DNA of 64,000 nt from NCBI GenBank assembly GCA_977017645.1, contig OZ360221.1, positions 175,708,001-175,772,000 on the forward strand, given 5' to 3'. The notes below the pieces were generated by a model. The model ran no database searches, had not been told where the DNA came from, and saw nothing but the letters and a program-made list of their open reading frames with translations. Every line of letters begins with the position of its first letter. Positions within the stretch are counted from its first letter, which is position 1. The position numbers and the translations under genes are program-made. The stretch comes from Torpedo marmorata (taxonomy: Eukaryota). Of the stretch, positions 1 to 11,900 are shown piece by piece.

Positions 1-1
1 C

Positions 2-2428
2 TCCAAATAAAAATATCATAGGATCCATTGGAATCATAATATTAAAAATTCTATCTAAAAAATCCTTGACTTTAAACCAAAAATTTTTAATTTTCAAACA
101 TGACCATGTACAATGTACAAAAGAACCTATTTCATCTTTACATCTAAAACACATATCTGACAATGCCGGATTAAATTTCTTTAATTTTTTAGGTGTTATA
201 TATAATTGATGAAAAAAGTTATACTGTACTAATCTATATCTAACATTAATAATCTTAGTCATACTCAATTTACACAATTCTTTCCAATGTTGTTCATCTA
301 TACTAGTATTTAGATCTGATTCCCAATTTAATCTAGATTTATGCAGTCCTACTTTAGGTATCTTTTTCTGAAATAATTTATACATTTGCGATATAAATTT
401 ATTAACATTTCCATTAGTAATTAATAACTCTAACCCATCCTGTCTAGGAGATATTAATTGATTCCCTAATTTCTCAACTAAAAATCCTTTAACTTGATAA
501 TAAGCCAAAATTGTATTATCCATTATTCCAAATTTTTCTTTCAATCTAGAAAAAGTAACAAATCTTCCTGCCTTAAAACAATCTTTAATCTTCTTAATTC
601 CTTTTTGATACCATAATTTTAAAAATTGATTATCCATAGAAAATGGTAGTAATAAATTCTGATATAATGGCATATTTAAAGAAATTGATCCTTTTCGCCC
701 TATTTCATTATCTAATTGATTCCAAATCTCTAATAAATGTCTAATAATCGGTGACTTTTTCTTTTTAATCAATAATAATTTAGAGTTCCATTTATAAATA
801 ATATCTTCCTTATTTCTTTCTCCTATATTATTTAATTCTATATTGATCCAAGCCGTATTTTTAGTTAAATCAAATAATTCATTTATAAATTTTAATTGTG
901 CTGCCTTATAATAATATTGAAAATTAGGAAGTTGTAGTCCACCCATTTCATATTCCCAAGTTAATTTATCCATACTTACTCTTGCCAGTTTTCCTTTCCA
1001 TAAAAACTTTCTAATAATACTTTTTAAATCTTTAAAAATTTTTTGAGGAATACCAAAAGGTATAGATTGAAAAAGATATTGAACTCTTGGAAAAATATTC
1101 ATTTTAATACAGTTCACTCTTCCCATTAAAGTTATAGGTAAATCTTTCCAATTATCCAAATCTTTCTTTATTTTCTGAAATAAAGGTACATAATTTAATT
1201 TATATAAATTTTCTAACTTTATATCCACTTTAACTCCCAAATATTTAATTGCCTCTTTAGCCCATTTAAATTTTGTAACTTCTTTACATTTAGTATAATC
1301 TCCTTGAGATAAAGCCATTATTTCACTTTTATCCGAATTTATTTTATATCCAGATATTTCACCATAATCCCTCAATATTTTATCTAATTGTTGAAGTGAT
1401 TCAATAGACTTTGTCATATATATTAATACATCATCTGCAAACAAACTAATTTTATGCTCTTCTGCACCTACTTTTATCCCATTTATATTCATATCTTTCC
1501 TAATCATTTCCGCCAACGGTTCTATTGCCAATACAAATAACGCAGGTGACAATGGACATCCTTGTCTTGTTGACCGTGTCAAAGAAAATTTAGATGATAT
1601 TTGACCATTTGTAATTACTTTAGCTGTAGGTTCCTTATATATAGTTTTAATCCAATTTATAAACGTATTTCCAAATCCATATTTCTCTAAAACCTTAAAT
1701 AAAAAATTCCACTCTAATCTATCAAATGCTTTTTCTGCATCTAATGCTATCACTAACGGTAAATCCTGTTTCTTCTTTTGTAAATTAATCAAACTTATTA
1801 ATCTTGCTATATTATCCTTTGAATATCTATTTTTAATAAATCCTGCTTGATCTGGATGTATTAAAAATGGTAAAAACTTAGCTAGTCTATTTGTCAAGAT
1901 TTTCGCCATTAATTTATAATCTACATTTAACAATGATATAGGTCTATATGATTCAGTTTTCAATACATCTCTATCCTTCTTTGGTATAACTGTAATAACA
2001 GCATTTAAAAATGTTTTTGGTAATAACTGAGTTTCCTTTATTTGAGTCAATACTTCCATATATATAGGTATCAATAAATCTTTAAACTTCTTATAAAACT
2101 CTACAGGAAATCCATCATCACCAGGAGATTTACCACTATTCAATGATGATAAAGCTTCACCTACTTCTCTCATTGTAATTGGTAAATCTAACAAATCTCT
2201 GTTAGAACTATTTAATTTGGGCAATATAATTTTAGATAAAAAATCATCAATTTTTACAACATCTTGACTCATTTGTGAAGTATATAAATTTTGATAATAT
2301 TCTTTAAAAGAATTGTTTATTTCTTGAGGTTTATAAGTTATATCTCCATTACTTTTCTTTATAGCATTTATAGTTTTAGAAACTTGTTCTTTCTTTAATT
2401 GCCATGCTAAAACTTTATGTGCTCTTTC
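2..2428 (-). mobile_element. L1/Tx1-type LINE ORF2 (RT plus C-terminal region), 5'-truncated, open frame running off the left edge of the window
   Basis: Manual minus-strand translation has no stop from ERAHKVLAW (~2428) through SPGDDGF, YRPISLLNVD, LDAEKAFDR, RQGCPLSP, LFADD (~1430-1444), KYLG and CFRC...H.TW.C to PMDPMIFLFG (position 2). The endonuclease domain is absent. Confidence 0.93.
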
Positions 2429-3165
2429 ATCTGTGTTCTTACTTGCTAAAGATACACAGGAGTCCACAGACTTATGCCTACCACTTCAAATGACTGTAAT
2501 GTGCTGCAATCCACAAACGAGTTTCAACCACAACATCCGTCACTAATATCACTGATTTTCCAAAAATGGTTTCTCCAACGTATTTATAGGACACTTTATT
2601 ATAAGATTTGAAGCTTTAAATCCCTCTCTGGCTGTTATTCATGGCAGATGGAAGTGGATTACAAACTGCCCCCAACTCGAGGCATCTCCAAAATGGCCAC
2701 CAATTTATATCAGTCCAAAGCACAGAGAGTTTTTTCTATCTTCTTTCCTTCAAACTTCTGTTCCAAACAGCCAGCCCTTTATTGACTATAAGTAACGGTG
2801 ACTTCGCTCCACCAATAGTCACCTGGAGGCTAAGTGTGGTCCTTGCTTTTGACGCGTTTTAATTAATTTACTAACAAAGTCCAATATGTTCAAAAACCTT
2901 TATTTTCACACATGACTTGCAGTAATCTTCAATGACTTTAATACAAACAGTTCTTGTAAACGATGTATGATGAGTTCCTTTAAATTATTCCTTAAACAAT
3001 TCCAAAACGATATGAAACACTGTAGATGATGTTGAAGTTATAAAAACATTATAAAACGATATAAAACGGTCAATAAAGATGTGGAGACCAGACTCACCCT
3101 CCATACATCTTTTCCTTTCCTTCTCTCACTCTCTCTAATGGCTCTGCGCATCCTACCCCGCGCAT

Positions 3166-3247
3166 ACTACAACTCCCAGCCTCCCACGCGCACAATGACG
3201 TCACTCCATACTGCGCATGCGCCCGTCGGCACTCCCGCGCATGCGCA
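3166..3247. promoter_or_regulatory. Housekeeping-type motif cluster: ZNF143/THAP11 site, CRE, two NRF1 sites
   Basis: ACTACAACTCCCAGC 3166-3180; TGACGTCA 3196-3203; TGCGCATGCGC 3212-3222; CGCGCATGCGCA 3236-3247. All lie in a CpG-dense patch of an otherwise CpG-poor window. Confidence 0.6.
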
Positions 3248-3266
3248 TATCAAAGAACGGGCCGAC

Positions 3267-3386
3267 GACGGCCCACAGAACAACGCAAGCGCTCCAAGGC
3301 CCGACGTGGCCTCGGAGCGCTCCGAGGACGGCCTAGTGAACAACGCGAGCGCTCCAAGGCCCGACTAGACATCGGAGCGCCGCAAC
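3267..3386. repeat. Two imperfect 60-bp tandem units
   Basis: gacggcc....gaacaacgc.agcgctccaaggcccgac....tcggagcgc repeats at a 60-bp period. Confidence 0.8.
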
Positions 3387-3418
3387 AACGGTAAGTTAAT
3401 GAGCCTACGGCTCTTACA

Positions 3419-4990
3419 GGAGGTGAGGACCTGGATGTAATAGTTATCACTAAAGTGGTAGTACTGAGAAAATGAGGGTCTAAAGATAGATAAGTCCCCT
3501 GGTCCTGATGGAATGTATGTCAGGGTACTGAAAGAAATGGCAGAAGTTATAGTAGAGGTTGTGGTGATAATTTACCAAAATTCTCTGGATTCTGGGCAGG
3601 TCCCGGCAGATAAGAAGACGGCGAATGTCATGCCTCTATTCAGAAAAGGATGTAGGAAAAAGGCATCTGTAGTTGGGAAAATGCTTGAAGCTATCATTAT
3701 AGAATAAATAGTGAGCCATCTGGAGCAAAATGGATTCATCAGGCAGACACAGCATGGGTTCAAAAGTGGCAGGTCTTGTTTGACAAACATACTGGAGTTC
3801 GTTGAAGATACAGGTAGTCCTCGACTTCCGACCTACGCGAGTTACGTCCACCCGCACATACGACCGAAATTTTTTTAAAAATATGCGTCTGCGCATTAAA
3901 TGTTAATTTGTTGAAAATGTTTTTGAAAAATTGCTTTAAGACCTCGTTAAGACATGCACGGTAGGGTGAATCCGACTTACGACCAATCCGAGTTACGACC
4001 AATCCTTCGGTCCCAATTACGGTCGTACGTCGAGGACTACCTGTATAACAAGTGCAGTAGATAGAGGAGAGCAGATGGGCGTTGTTTACCTGGATTTCCA
4101 GAAGGCGTTCGATAAGGTGTCACATGAAAGACATACATAAGATAAGGATACATGGAGTTGGGAGTGATGTATTAGCATGGATAGAAGATTGGTTAACCAA
4201 GAGAAAGCAGAGAGTTGGGATACAGGGGTGTTTTTCTGCTTGGCAATCAGTGGTGAGCGGGGGAATCGCAGGGGGACGTGGGTGTGCTTGTGCATGAATC
4301 GCCAAAGGCTGGTTTGCAAGTGCAGCAGACTATCAAGAAGGCAAGTGGAGTGTTGGCCTTCATTGCTAGAGGGATTGAATTTAGGAGCAGGGAGGTTATG
4401 CTGCAACTGTACAAGGTACCTGTGAGGTGGCATCTGGAGTACTGCATGCAGTTCTGGTCTCCTTACTTGAGGAAGGATGTACTGGCTTTGGAGGCGGTGC
4501 AGAGGAGGTTAACCAGGTTGATTCCAGAGATGAGGGGGTTAGCCTATGAGGAGAGATTGAGTCGTCTGAGACTGTACTCGCTGGAATTTAGAAGAATGAG
4601 AGGAGAACTTATAGAAAAATAAAATTATGTAAGGCATAGATAAATTAAGGTAGGTAAGTTGTTTCCATTGGTGGGGGAGATGAGAACTAGGGGGCATAGC
4701 CTCAAAGTTCAAGGTAGTAGATTTAGCACGGAGATGAGGAGGAAATTCTTTTCCCAGAGGGAGGTGAATCGATGGGATTTGCTGCCCATTGAAGCAGTGG
4801 AGGCTATCTCAGTAAATATATTTAAGACATGGTTGGATAGATTTTTACGTAGTAGGGGAATGAAGGGATATGGGAAAAAGGCAGGTAGGTGGAGATGAGC
4901 TTATTATCAGATCAACCATGATCTCATTGAATGGGAGAGCAGGCTCAATGTGCCGTATGGCCTACTCCTGCTCCTATTTCTTATGTTCTT
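3419..4990 (+). mobile_element. CR1 LINE, 3' part of ORF2 (decayed, internal deletion near 4262) and 3' UTR
   Basis: KSPGPDG, YLDFQKAFDKV and HLEYCMQFWSPYLRKD motifs; ends with the CR1 3' stem and cctatttcttatgttctt tail. Confidence 0.9.
3811..4043. mobile_element. Tc1/pogo(Tigger)-type MITE nested in CR1
   Basis: TIRs CAGGTAGTCCTCGAC / GTCGAGGACTACCTG; TA TSD at 3809-3810 and 4044-4045; CR1 sequence rejoins across it. Confidence 0.93.
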
Positions 4991-5587
4991 TGAATCAAAT
5001 GAAAAGCAAGAAGTGAAGAGTCTGCTAATTATTTTACCAAATAGAGTTAACATCATTTAACCTCCATTGTTATCTCCCTCCATGATTGGAGCAAATTATT
5101 CAAAATGCTTTTAAAAGTCTGAACCCTAACTTTAAGTGTCTGCGAACCGTCAGGCAGGTAAATGGGTTTCAAGTGGCAAGTCCACTGTAGTTTGATGGAA
5201 TGGCAGAACAGACTCGGTCATGCTCCTGCTTCTGTGTCTCGTGTTCTAACCTGTATTAAGAAGAGCAATCCTGGGAAAATTAGATAAATATTTGAAGTAG
5301 GGAAAGGTGGTGCGTGATGTGGAAAATGAAGGGTAAAGAATACAGTTTTTGATTGCTGTTGTCAATGCTGACAGTGGGAACTAGACTGCAAGCTGCTTTA
5401 GATCAGTATTTAAAATAAGTATGCAAGGAACATCTGCTTTTAATGCAATGTCCGCTGGCGTCAGTGTCCAACCAGCAACTACTTCCAAAGCACTGAAAAT
5501 GGGGAACTTTGGATCCATTTGGAGAAGTACCGGTATATATTTCTTCCTTTTACTGAAGCTTTTGATTGGGGTAAATGGAGGTTAACA

Positions 5588-5700
5588 AGAAAATCTGCAG
5601 ATGCTGGGGTCCAGTGCAAAACACAATTGTGCTCGAGAAACTCAACAGCTCACACAACATCCATAGGACATAAAGGGTAACCAACATTTTGGGTCATTTT
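5588..5700. repeat. Penelope-derived short repeat fragment
   Basis: ctgcagatgctgg...gagaaactca.cag signature shared with copies at ~7010, ~38800 and ~55315. Confidence 0.55.
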
Positions 5701-5966
5701 TTTTTACCAGAATGAATGAGTGGACAATTCTTGCACTTGGTTGGGGAACATTGCTGTTTTCAATTTGCGTATCAAAGACAGTTTCAGAATTGCAATGTGG
5801 ATTAGTTAGATTTGTGAATGAAGCCAAAACCAAGAAGGGGGGATATAGAATTGGAGAAGGCAACTCAGAAATACTACTTAAATGTGGGCAGGTCAATGGC
5901 AAGTGGAATTTAACCATGGCTGGTCTGAAAGTACTCTACAGGGAATGGAAATGGACAACACATGCA

Positions 5967-6805
5967 TTCAAGTTCAAGTTTATTTTTTATTGTCATCTGA
6001 TTGAACAAGTACAACCCGACGAAACAGCGTTCTCCGGTCCTCGGTGCAAAACATGCAGACACACAACCAGACATAACGCACATACAGACAAACAATATAT
6101 ATGCAGGACAAGTATTTCATCTGTACAAATAAATAAATAAATCTTGTTTTGTACAAATGAGAGACTCGGATGGTTAGTGTGAGCAGTTCCTTTGGTCGTT
6201 CAGCATTCTCACTGCCCGTGGGAAGAAGCTGTTCCTCAGCCTGGTGGTGCTGGCTCTGATACTCCTGTATCTCTTCCCCGACGGGAGCAGCTGAAAGATG
6301 CTGTGTGCAGGGTGGAAGGGGTCTTCAATGATTTTGCGTGCCCTCTTCAGACAACGATCCCGGTAGATCACGTCGTGCGGGGGAGGGAGACTCCTGTGAT
6401 CCTCTCTGCCACTATTGTGGTCCTGTGGATTGACCTCCGATCCATTTCTCTGCAGCATCCGCATCACACTGTGATGCAGCCAGCCAGGACGCTCTCGATA
6501 GAGCTCCTATAGAAAGTTAACATAATGGTAGCCGGTAGCCTTGTCCGCTTCAGTCTTCTCCGGAAGTGCAGTCACTGTTGCGCCTTCCTGACAAGTGAGG
6601 AGATGTTGAGTGTCCACGATAGGTCACTAGTTAAGTGAACTCCAAGGAACTTGGTGCTCTCTACTACAGGGTAGTTGATGTGTAGTGGAGGGTAGACATT
6701 TCTCGTCCTCCTGAAGTCCACGATCATCTCCTTCGTCTTGTCCACGTTGAGACTCTGGTTGTTAATCTCACACCATTTCACGAGATTTTCCACCTCTTCT
6801 CTCAA
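5967..6805 (-). mobile_element. Rex1/Babar LINE, 5'-truncated 3' fragment
   Basis: LNVDKTKEMIVDFRR, KFLGVH and HPAHSIFQLLPSGKRYRS motifs; (ttgaac)n-type tail at 5967-5980. Confidence 0.88.
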
Positions 6806-6869
6806 TTCGTAAATTGAGAGAAGTCTCACAATTCGTAAATTGTGGTGAAATAGCCCCTGGGAAAGATAA

Positions 6870-7200
6870 ACAAAATTGCTAAATATTCACATGTTAGACA
6901 TTATCTGCAAAGAGAAAAACAGATGACCTTTCTTGACCCGAACTATTCACTGTTTCTTTCCCTCTAGTTGCTGCTGCCTTTAGAGTATTTCTAGCATTTT
7001 CTATTTATAAAAACACAAATGCTGGAGGAAGGGCCTGAGCTCTTCCTCAGGCCCGAAACATCAGTAATATATCCTATGAATGCTGTGAAGCCTGCTGATT
7101 TCCTCCAGCATTTCTGTGTTTTTACTACAATCACAGCATCTACAGAATTTTGTGTTTCACGCTTTTCGATTTATATTTCAGATTCCCAATATCTGCTGGG
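6870..7200. repeat. Penelope-derived repeats (nested, palindromic)
   Basis: acacaaatgctggagga...gggcctgag-ctcttc-ctcaggccc-gaaacatc...ctccagcatttctgtgt forms an inverted arrangement. Confidence 0.6.
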
Positions 7201-7523
7201 TTTTTTTCTTTTACTTTCTTGCTGTTCCTGGAGGTTTATGTAAAAGGGAGTGAATTTCAACTTTGGATACCAAAAATGAGCAGTAGTAGATGATGCACCT
7301 GATGTGTGCACTTTATATGAAGTTTAAGTTTATTATCATCTAATTGTACATGTACAACTCGACAAAACAGCTTCTCTCCAGTCCACGGTGCACACATAAA
7401 AACACACAATTAACACAGTACATTATGATCACATAAATAATCAAAATAAATATATAAACATTTTCAAAGTCAATCACAAACTATTTAATTTCTGATGATT
7501 TAATTCTTTATTTCTGTGTGCAG

Positions 7524-7695
7524 GAGCGTGGAATCAGGTCACATTATGGAGGAGGGCTATGAGCTTGATTTGACTTACATTACGGAACGCATCATTGCAG
7601 TTTCTTTTCCTGCTGGCTGTTCAGAAGAAACCTACTTCCATAATCTACAGGATGTAACACGGATGCTGAAATCCAAACATGGAGATAATTATTTG
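7524..7695 (+). CDS. TNS3: Tensin-3 exon (start of PTP/PTEN-like domain): [57 protein letters not shown]
   Basis: Acceptor tttctgtgtgcag|G and donor TTG|gtgag. The peptide closely matches the TNS3 N-terminus as I recall it ([28 protein letters not shown]); ATG at 7546. Confidence 0.95.
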
Positions 7696-8191
7696 GTGAG
7701 AGTTGTAAACAACTAACTTCGAGAAGCTTAAATCAGGAATTTGCTTGGAGTTGACCAAATCACTTAACATAAATAAATTTACCAGAAATCTGGATGGCTC
7801 TGCTCATCTTACACCGACATAGTCCCGATCAAACCCAAGAACTTCAAGGAAATTCCTATTGTCCATGAATGTTTAATCTTCTTCAATATGAACATTTCAT
7901 TTCTGTTTTGTTGTTTTAGGATCCTGGAGTTTTTCATTATTTGTTTTCATTTTATATCTCGCCAAACAAAAAAAAGCATGGTGTGGTTGTGAAAGCAAAG
8001 TCAAGCTGTTAGTGTGTTTTTGCATGAGGTTTTTGGTAATGGAAAGTTCAATGGTCTGGAGAAATGTGCAGCAAGTGGGAAAGGTGTGGAGTGGCCAGTG
8101 ATAGTTTCCATATGTTGTGATAAATAAAAGAATGCTGATCTTCAAATGCAGGATTACTGAATAAATGCTGTCTTTGAGAATATGGGAAGTA

Positions 8192-8649
8192 CAGTACAAC
8201 TCCGATTATCCGAAATCCTCAGTTATCCGAAATTTTTTTGACCCGGAAGTGACGTCTGTTCGGCTCCGAAATTTTTTTCGGATAATTGAGTATTTCAGAA
8301 AAATCAGAAATCCTTATTTATCTGAAAAATTTCGAAGCTGAAATTACGTCATTTCACCTCCGAAAAATTTCGGATAAATGAGGATATCCGAAACAATCAG
8401 AAATCCTCAGTTATCCGGATTTTTTTCGGAGCCGAACTGACATCACAGGTTGAAAAAATTTTGGAATTTTGGAAAACATTATTTCATGCTTAAAAAGCCT
8501 TCCCTTGTTGTTTGCTGTTTTTTAAACACTGTTACAAGTGATTTGCTGTTGCTATTGGGCTGTTTTTAAAAAATGACCAGTTATCCGAAAATATCGTTTA
8601 TCCGAAATAGGCCCGGTCCCGACCATTTCGGATAATCGGAGTTGTACTG
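8192..8649. mobile_element. Tc1/pogo(Tigger)-type MITE
   Basis: Perfect 25-bp TIRs CAGTACAACTCCGATTATCCGAAAT; TA TSD at 8190-8191 and 8650-8651; many internal ttatccgaaa copies. Confidence 0.95.
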
Positions 8650-9249
8650 TACGTAAAATATTTTAATTGTAGGCATTAAGCAGGTTTAGACAGATTTCAA
8701 GGACATGCACTCAAGATAGTATGCACATCACTTATAAAGGATGTTTTTGTAGCAGGTCATACCACAACATTGGGAAATATGTTATCCATTGAAAAGAATG
8801 TTACTCATGACTCAAAATAAAATGATAGGAGGAAATGGAAATGGCTTCAAAATGTTTCAGAATTTTAATATCTTAGTTTACTTCCTGCTCGTATCTTGGA
8901 GAAAGTTGACACTCACTTCCTTGTTTTTGATTTTGTTAAGACCTTCTTGTAGTTGAGGGCTAAATTTGGATGACAGTTGTGGGAAGAATGTAGTGCTTCA
9001 AAGCCCCCTGTAAAGAACCTGCCCCAATTATTTGTGCTTCTGTATCCAAATCCTTGCTCCCATTCAGGATCTGTGAATTCACTTCCCACAATCTGTTCCC
9101 ATCCCATCAAACTTTCTCTCAGAGCACTCTATTCCTTTTGACTGCCTGTTCAACCTTTGCATTATCTCTCCCCCTTCTCACACTTTCCTTTGCTCTCCAT
9201 TTTGTCACTTTCCTCTTGCTTGCCCAGTGCCTTCCTGCTCTGCCTTCAC

Positions 9250-9440
9250 AGGCATTTGTGGAGGCCAGGTCATTGGGTGTATTTAAGGCAGAGATTCATG
9301 ATTAGGCAGGGCATCAAAAGTTATGGGAGAAGGCCGGGCAGTGAGGCTGAATGGGAAAATGGATCAGCTCATGATTGAATGGTGGGGTAGACTCAATGGG
9401 CTGAATAGCCTATTTCTGCTCCTATGTCTTATGGTCTTTA
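9250..9440 (+). mobile_element. CR1 3' end fragment
   Basis: gtggaggcc...atttaaggcagag...gatcagc.catga..gaatgg...cctat.tctgctcctatgtcttatgg CR1 terminus. Confidence 0.75.
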
Positions 9441-9759
9441 CTTATCCTCTCCCTTCTTCCTCCCTGGTCCACCCCTCTCTATGCCCTCTGTTCCTTTACA
9501 AATCTACGTTGCTTGAAATTGATAGAGAAGTTTCCATCTTCAGGAATAATTATTTTGAATTTTACGATCACTGACCACTTTGGGATGTTCTGTTTTCTGT
9601 TTTAGTTTTCTGTTACTCTTTAATTTCCTGGATGATGATGATTCCCATTTGATGAGGATTTTCTTGGTGCGACCAACTCATTGGTGAATTGAACAAGTAA
9701 ACATTCTATATGTGATGCCCAGGAATTTTGTGTAGATTTCCATTCATGATAGCAATAGT

Positions 9760-11900
9760 GAACAGAAGTAGGAATAGATCTTTCAGCTGCTCATGCCTGC
9801 TCTACCTTTCAAATAGATCATGGCTAACTTTTATCTCAGTATCATTTTCCTGCTCTATCACCATATCTCTTGGATTCCTTTTAAATCTAGAATTCTGTTG
9901 ATCTCTGCTTTGAATGCAATGAGTGTGTATCAACTTCCCTAAAGGATGGAAAACTCCAAAGGTTCACCACCCTCATGAGAGAAGAAATTTCTCCTCATCT
10001 CAGTCTTAAATAACCGACCCATTATTGTGAGACTCTGGTTGTAGACCACTCAACCATGGGAAACATATTTCCCAAATCCTACCTGTAGCACTCTCTAAGA
10101 ATTCTGTGTCCTCTAATTCTCCTGAACTCCAGAGATTACAGACCAAATCTACTTGAACTCTCTTTATAAGGCAAATATGATGTACATGGAACACTCCATT
10201 TTTTTGCTGCATTGTTTCTATGGAAGTTTTTGGAGGTAAACATGTTTTGGTCTCCTTATCTAATGGAATTGTTCAGGACACTCACGGTGGGGTCTCACCA
10301 GTGGCCTGTATGATTGCAGTAAGATCCATTGACACTAAAAGCCAGTGTTCTATCTGTTCTAGTTGCTCACTTTGCCTGCAGGTTAAATTTCAGTGATTTT
10401 TGCTCAAGGACTGCCAGGTCCTTTTGAAGGTTAATATTTCCCAACATATCACAATAAAAAAAATTACTCTGCTTTTCTGCTTTGAGTAATAACTTCAATT
10501 TTTTCCACTTTATATCCCATCTGTCCAATCACCCAGCTTGTCTGCACTGAAGCCTCCCTCTGCCCTCCTCACAACTCACTCCTGCCCAGTTGTGTATCAT
10601 TTGCAATTTTGAAATATCACATTTAGTCTCCTGAGCTAAATCATTGGTATAGATTGTGAAGAGCTGGGGTCTCAGCACTGAAGCCCATGAGTGACAGCTT
10701 GCCAACGTGAGAAAGATCTGTTATTACCCATGATTTGTTTTCAGCATATTAATAATAAATATTTTCAATTCATATCCATTTGTTACCCCCAGTTCCTAGT
10801 GATATAACTTTATTGACCAATGTCTGGTGTGAGCTTCTGAAAATCCAAATACCCTATATCTGGTGGTTTCCCCCTAAGCCATGAGTCACATCTCCTAAAA
10901 TTCCAGTTCATGAATAAAATATGATTTCCCATTCATAAATCTAGGCTGACTGCTCAATCCTGTTATTTTCTTTCACTACATTATGGATTCATTATTTTCC
11001 CTACTGCTGTTAGGCTAACAGTTCAGTAGTTCACTGTTTTCTCTCTCATTCCTTTCTGAAATATTGATCTTTATCTTGCATATAGTCAGTGACTGATCCT
11101 TCACAGCCCTCTTGAGGATTGAATTCCAAAACATCACTTCCCTCTGAAGAAATCTCTTCTCTGACCTGAATGACTGACCTTCAAATTTGAAACTGACCCC
11201 AGATTTTGGGCATCCCATACAGGGGAAACCTCAACCACATTGTTTGCCATGTCCTTGCCCATTCACTGGATCAGTCTTTATCCACTGCCATCCCTCTATA
11301 TCCTCATCACAGCCTGTACACAACCCAGGTTTGTACGATCAACAAACGTTGACATGTTACTCTATGCTTCCCCAATCTAAACATTGATTTAGAATGTGAA
11401 TATTTTGGGTCTCTGCATGGATTGCTGTGGTGCTGCACTGATCACAACCTACAAATCTGAAAATAACCCATTTCGTACTCTTAACTGTTTTCTGTCTTGC
11501 TATCCAATCCTCAATCCATGCCAATATATTACCGCCCCCCAATGCTGTCTGCTGTAATCGTGTTTAATCATCTCTTCTGTAGCACCTTGCATTGAAAGGC
11601 CTCACATGAACTGTTTCACTCTTGCTGGCATTTGCACTCTGGTCCAGATTCCTGCTTTTTGTAGCGTCCTCTAAATAATCTACACTGTTTATTTTACCAC
11701 TGCTTGTGCTGGTTTTATACAAGTCACGTTCTTAAAAAATAACTCCCAACAGATTTGCCCTTTATCAACTCTGTTGACTTTCTGCAATGTTATCATATTC
11801 TCAGTGCTTTATTGGTACTTCCTTAAGAGTAGCATTTCCCCTACTACTGATGACAAGCTAACTGATCTGTGGTTCCTTATTTTCTCTTTTCACCTTCCTT
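9760..11900 (-). mobile_element. Old, degraded CR1 remnants
   Basis: Reverse-complement CR1 3' UTR and ORF2 pieces (e.g. ILAWIEDWI in ORF 11357-11542); boundaries approximate. Confidence 0.6.

Larger units (their letters stand above)
2432..3418. mobile_element. Putative solo LTR (~987 bp) with a CpG-rich promoter-like end
   Basis: Begins TGTGTTCTT and ends GCTCTTACA (TG..CA). It is bounded by an L1 5' end on the left and CR1 ORF2 sequence on the right. Non-coding, with minus-strand AATAAA sites (~2596, ~2778, ~2899). No TSD is visible, possibly because the L1 displaced the left flank. Confidence 0.5.

Noticed and set aside
3081-3368. 95-aa ORF with repeated NNASAPRPD
   Set aside because: GTG start; a by-product of the 60-bp GC-rich tandem repeat in the LTR-like element.
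5421-5585. Possible upstream TNS3 exon ending at CG|gtatat (~5532)
   Set aside because: No tensin or C1-domain resemblance in the frames I read, weak donor, and no clear acceptor.
5712-6140. 142-aa ORF with a signal-peptide-like start
   Set aside because: Its second half is the antisense Rex1 tail; no splice or homology support.
8192-8649. CRISPR-like repeat-spacer pattern
   Set aside because: Irregular spacing and mixed orientation inside a TIR/TA-bounded MITE in eukaryotic DNA.
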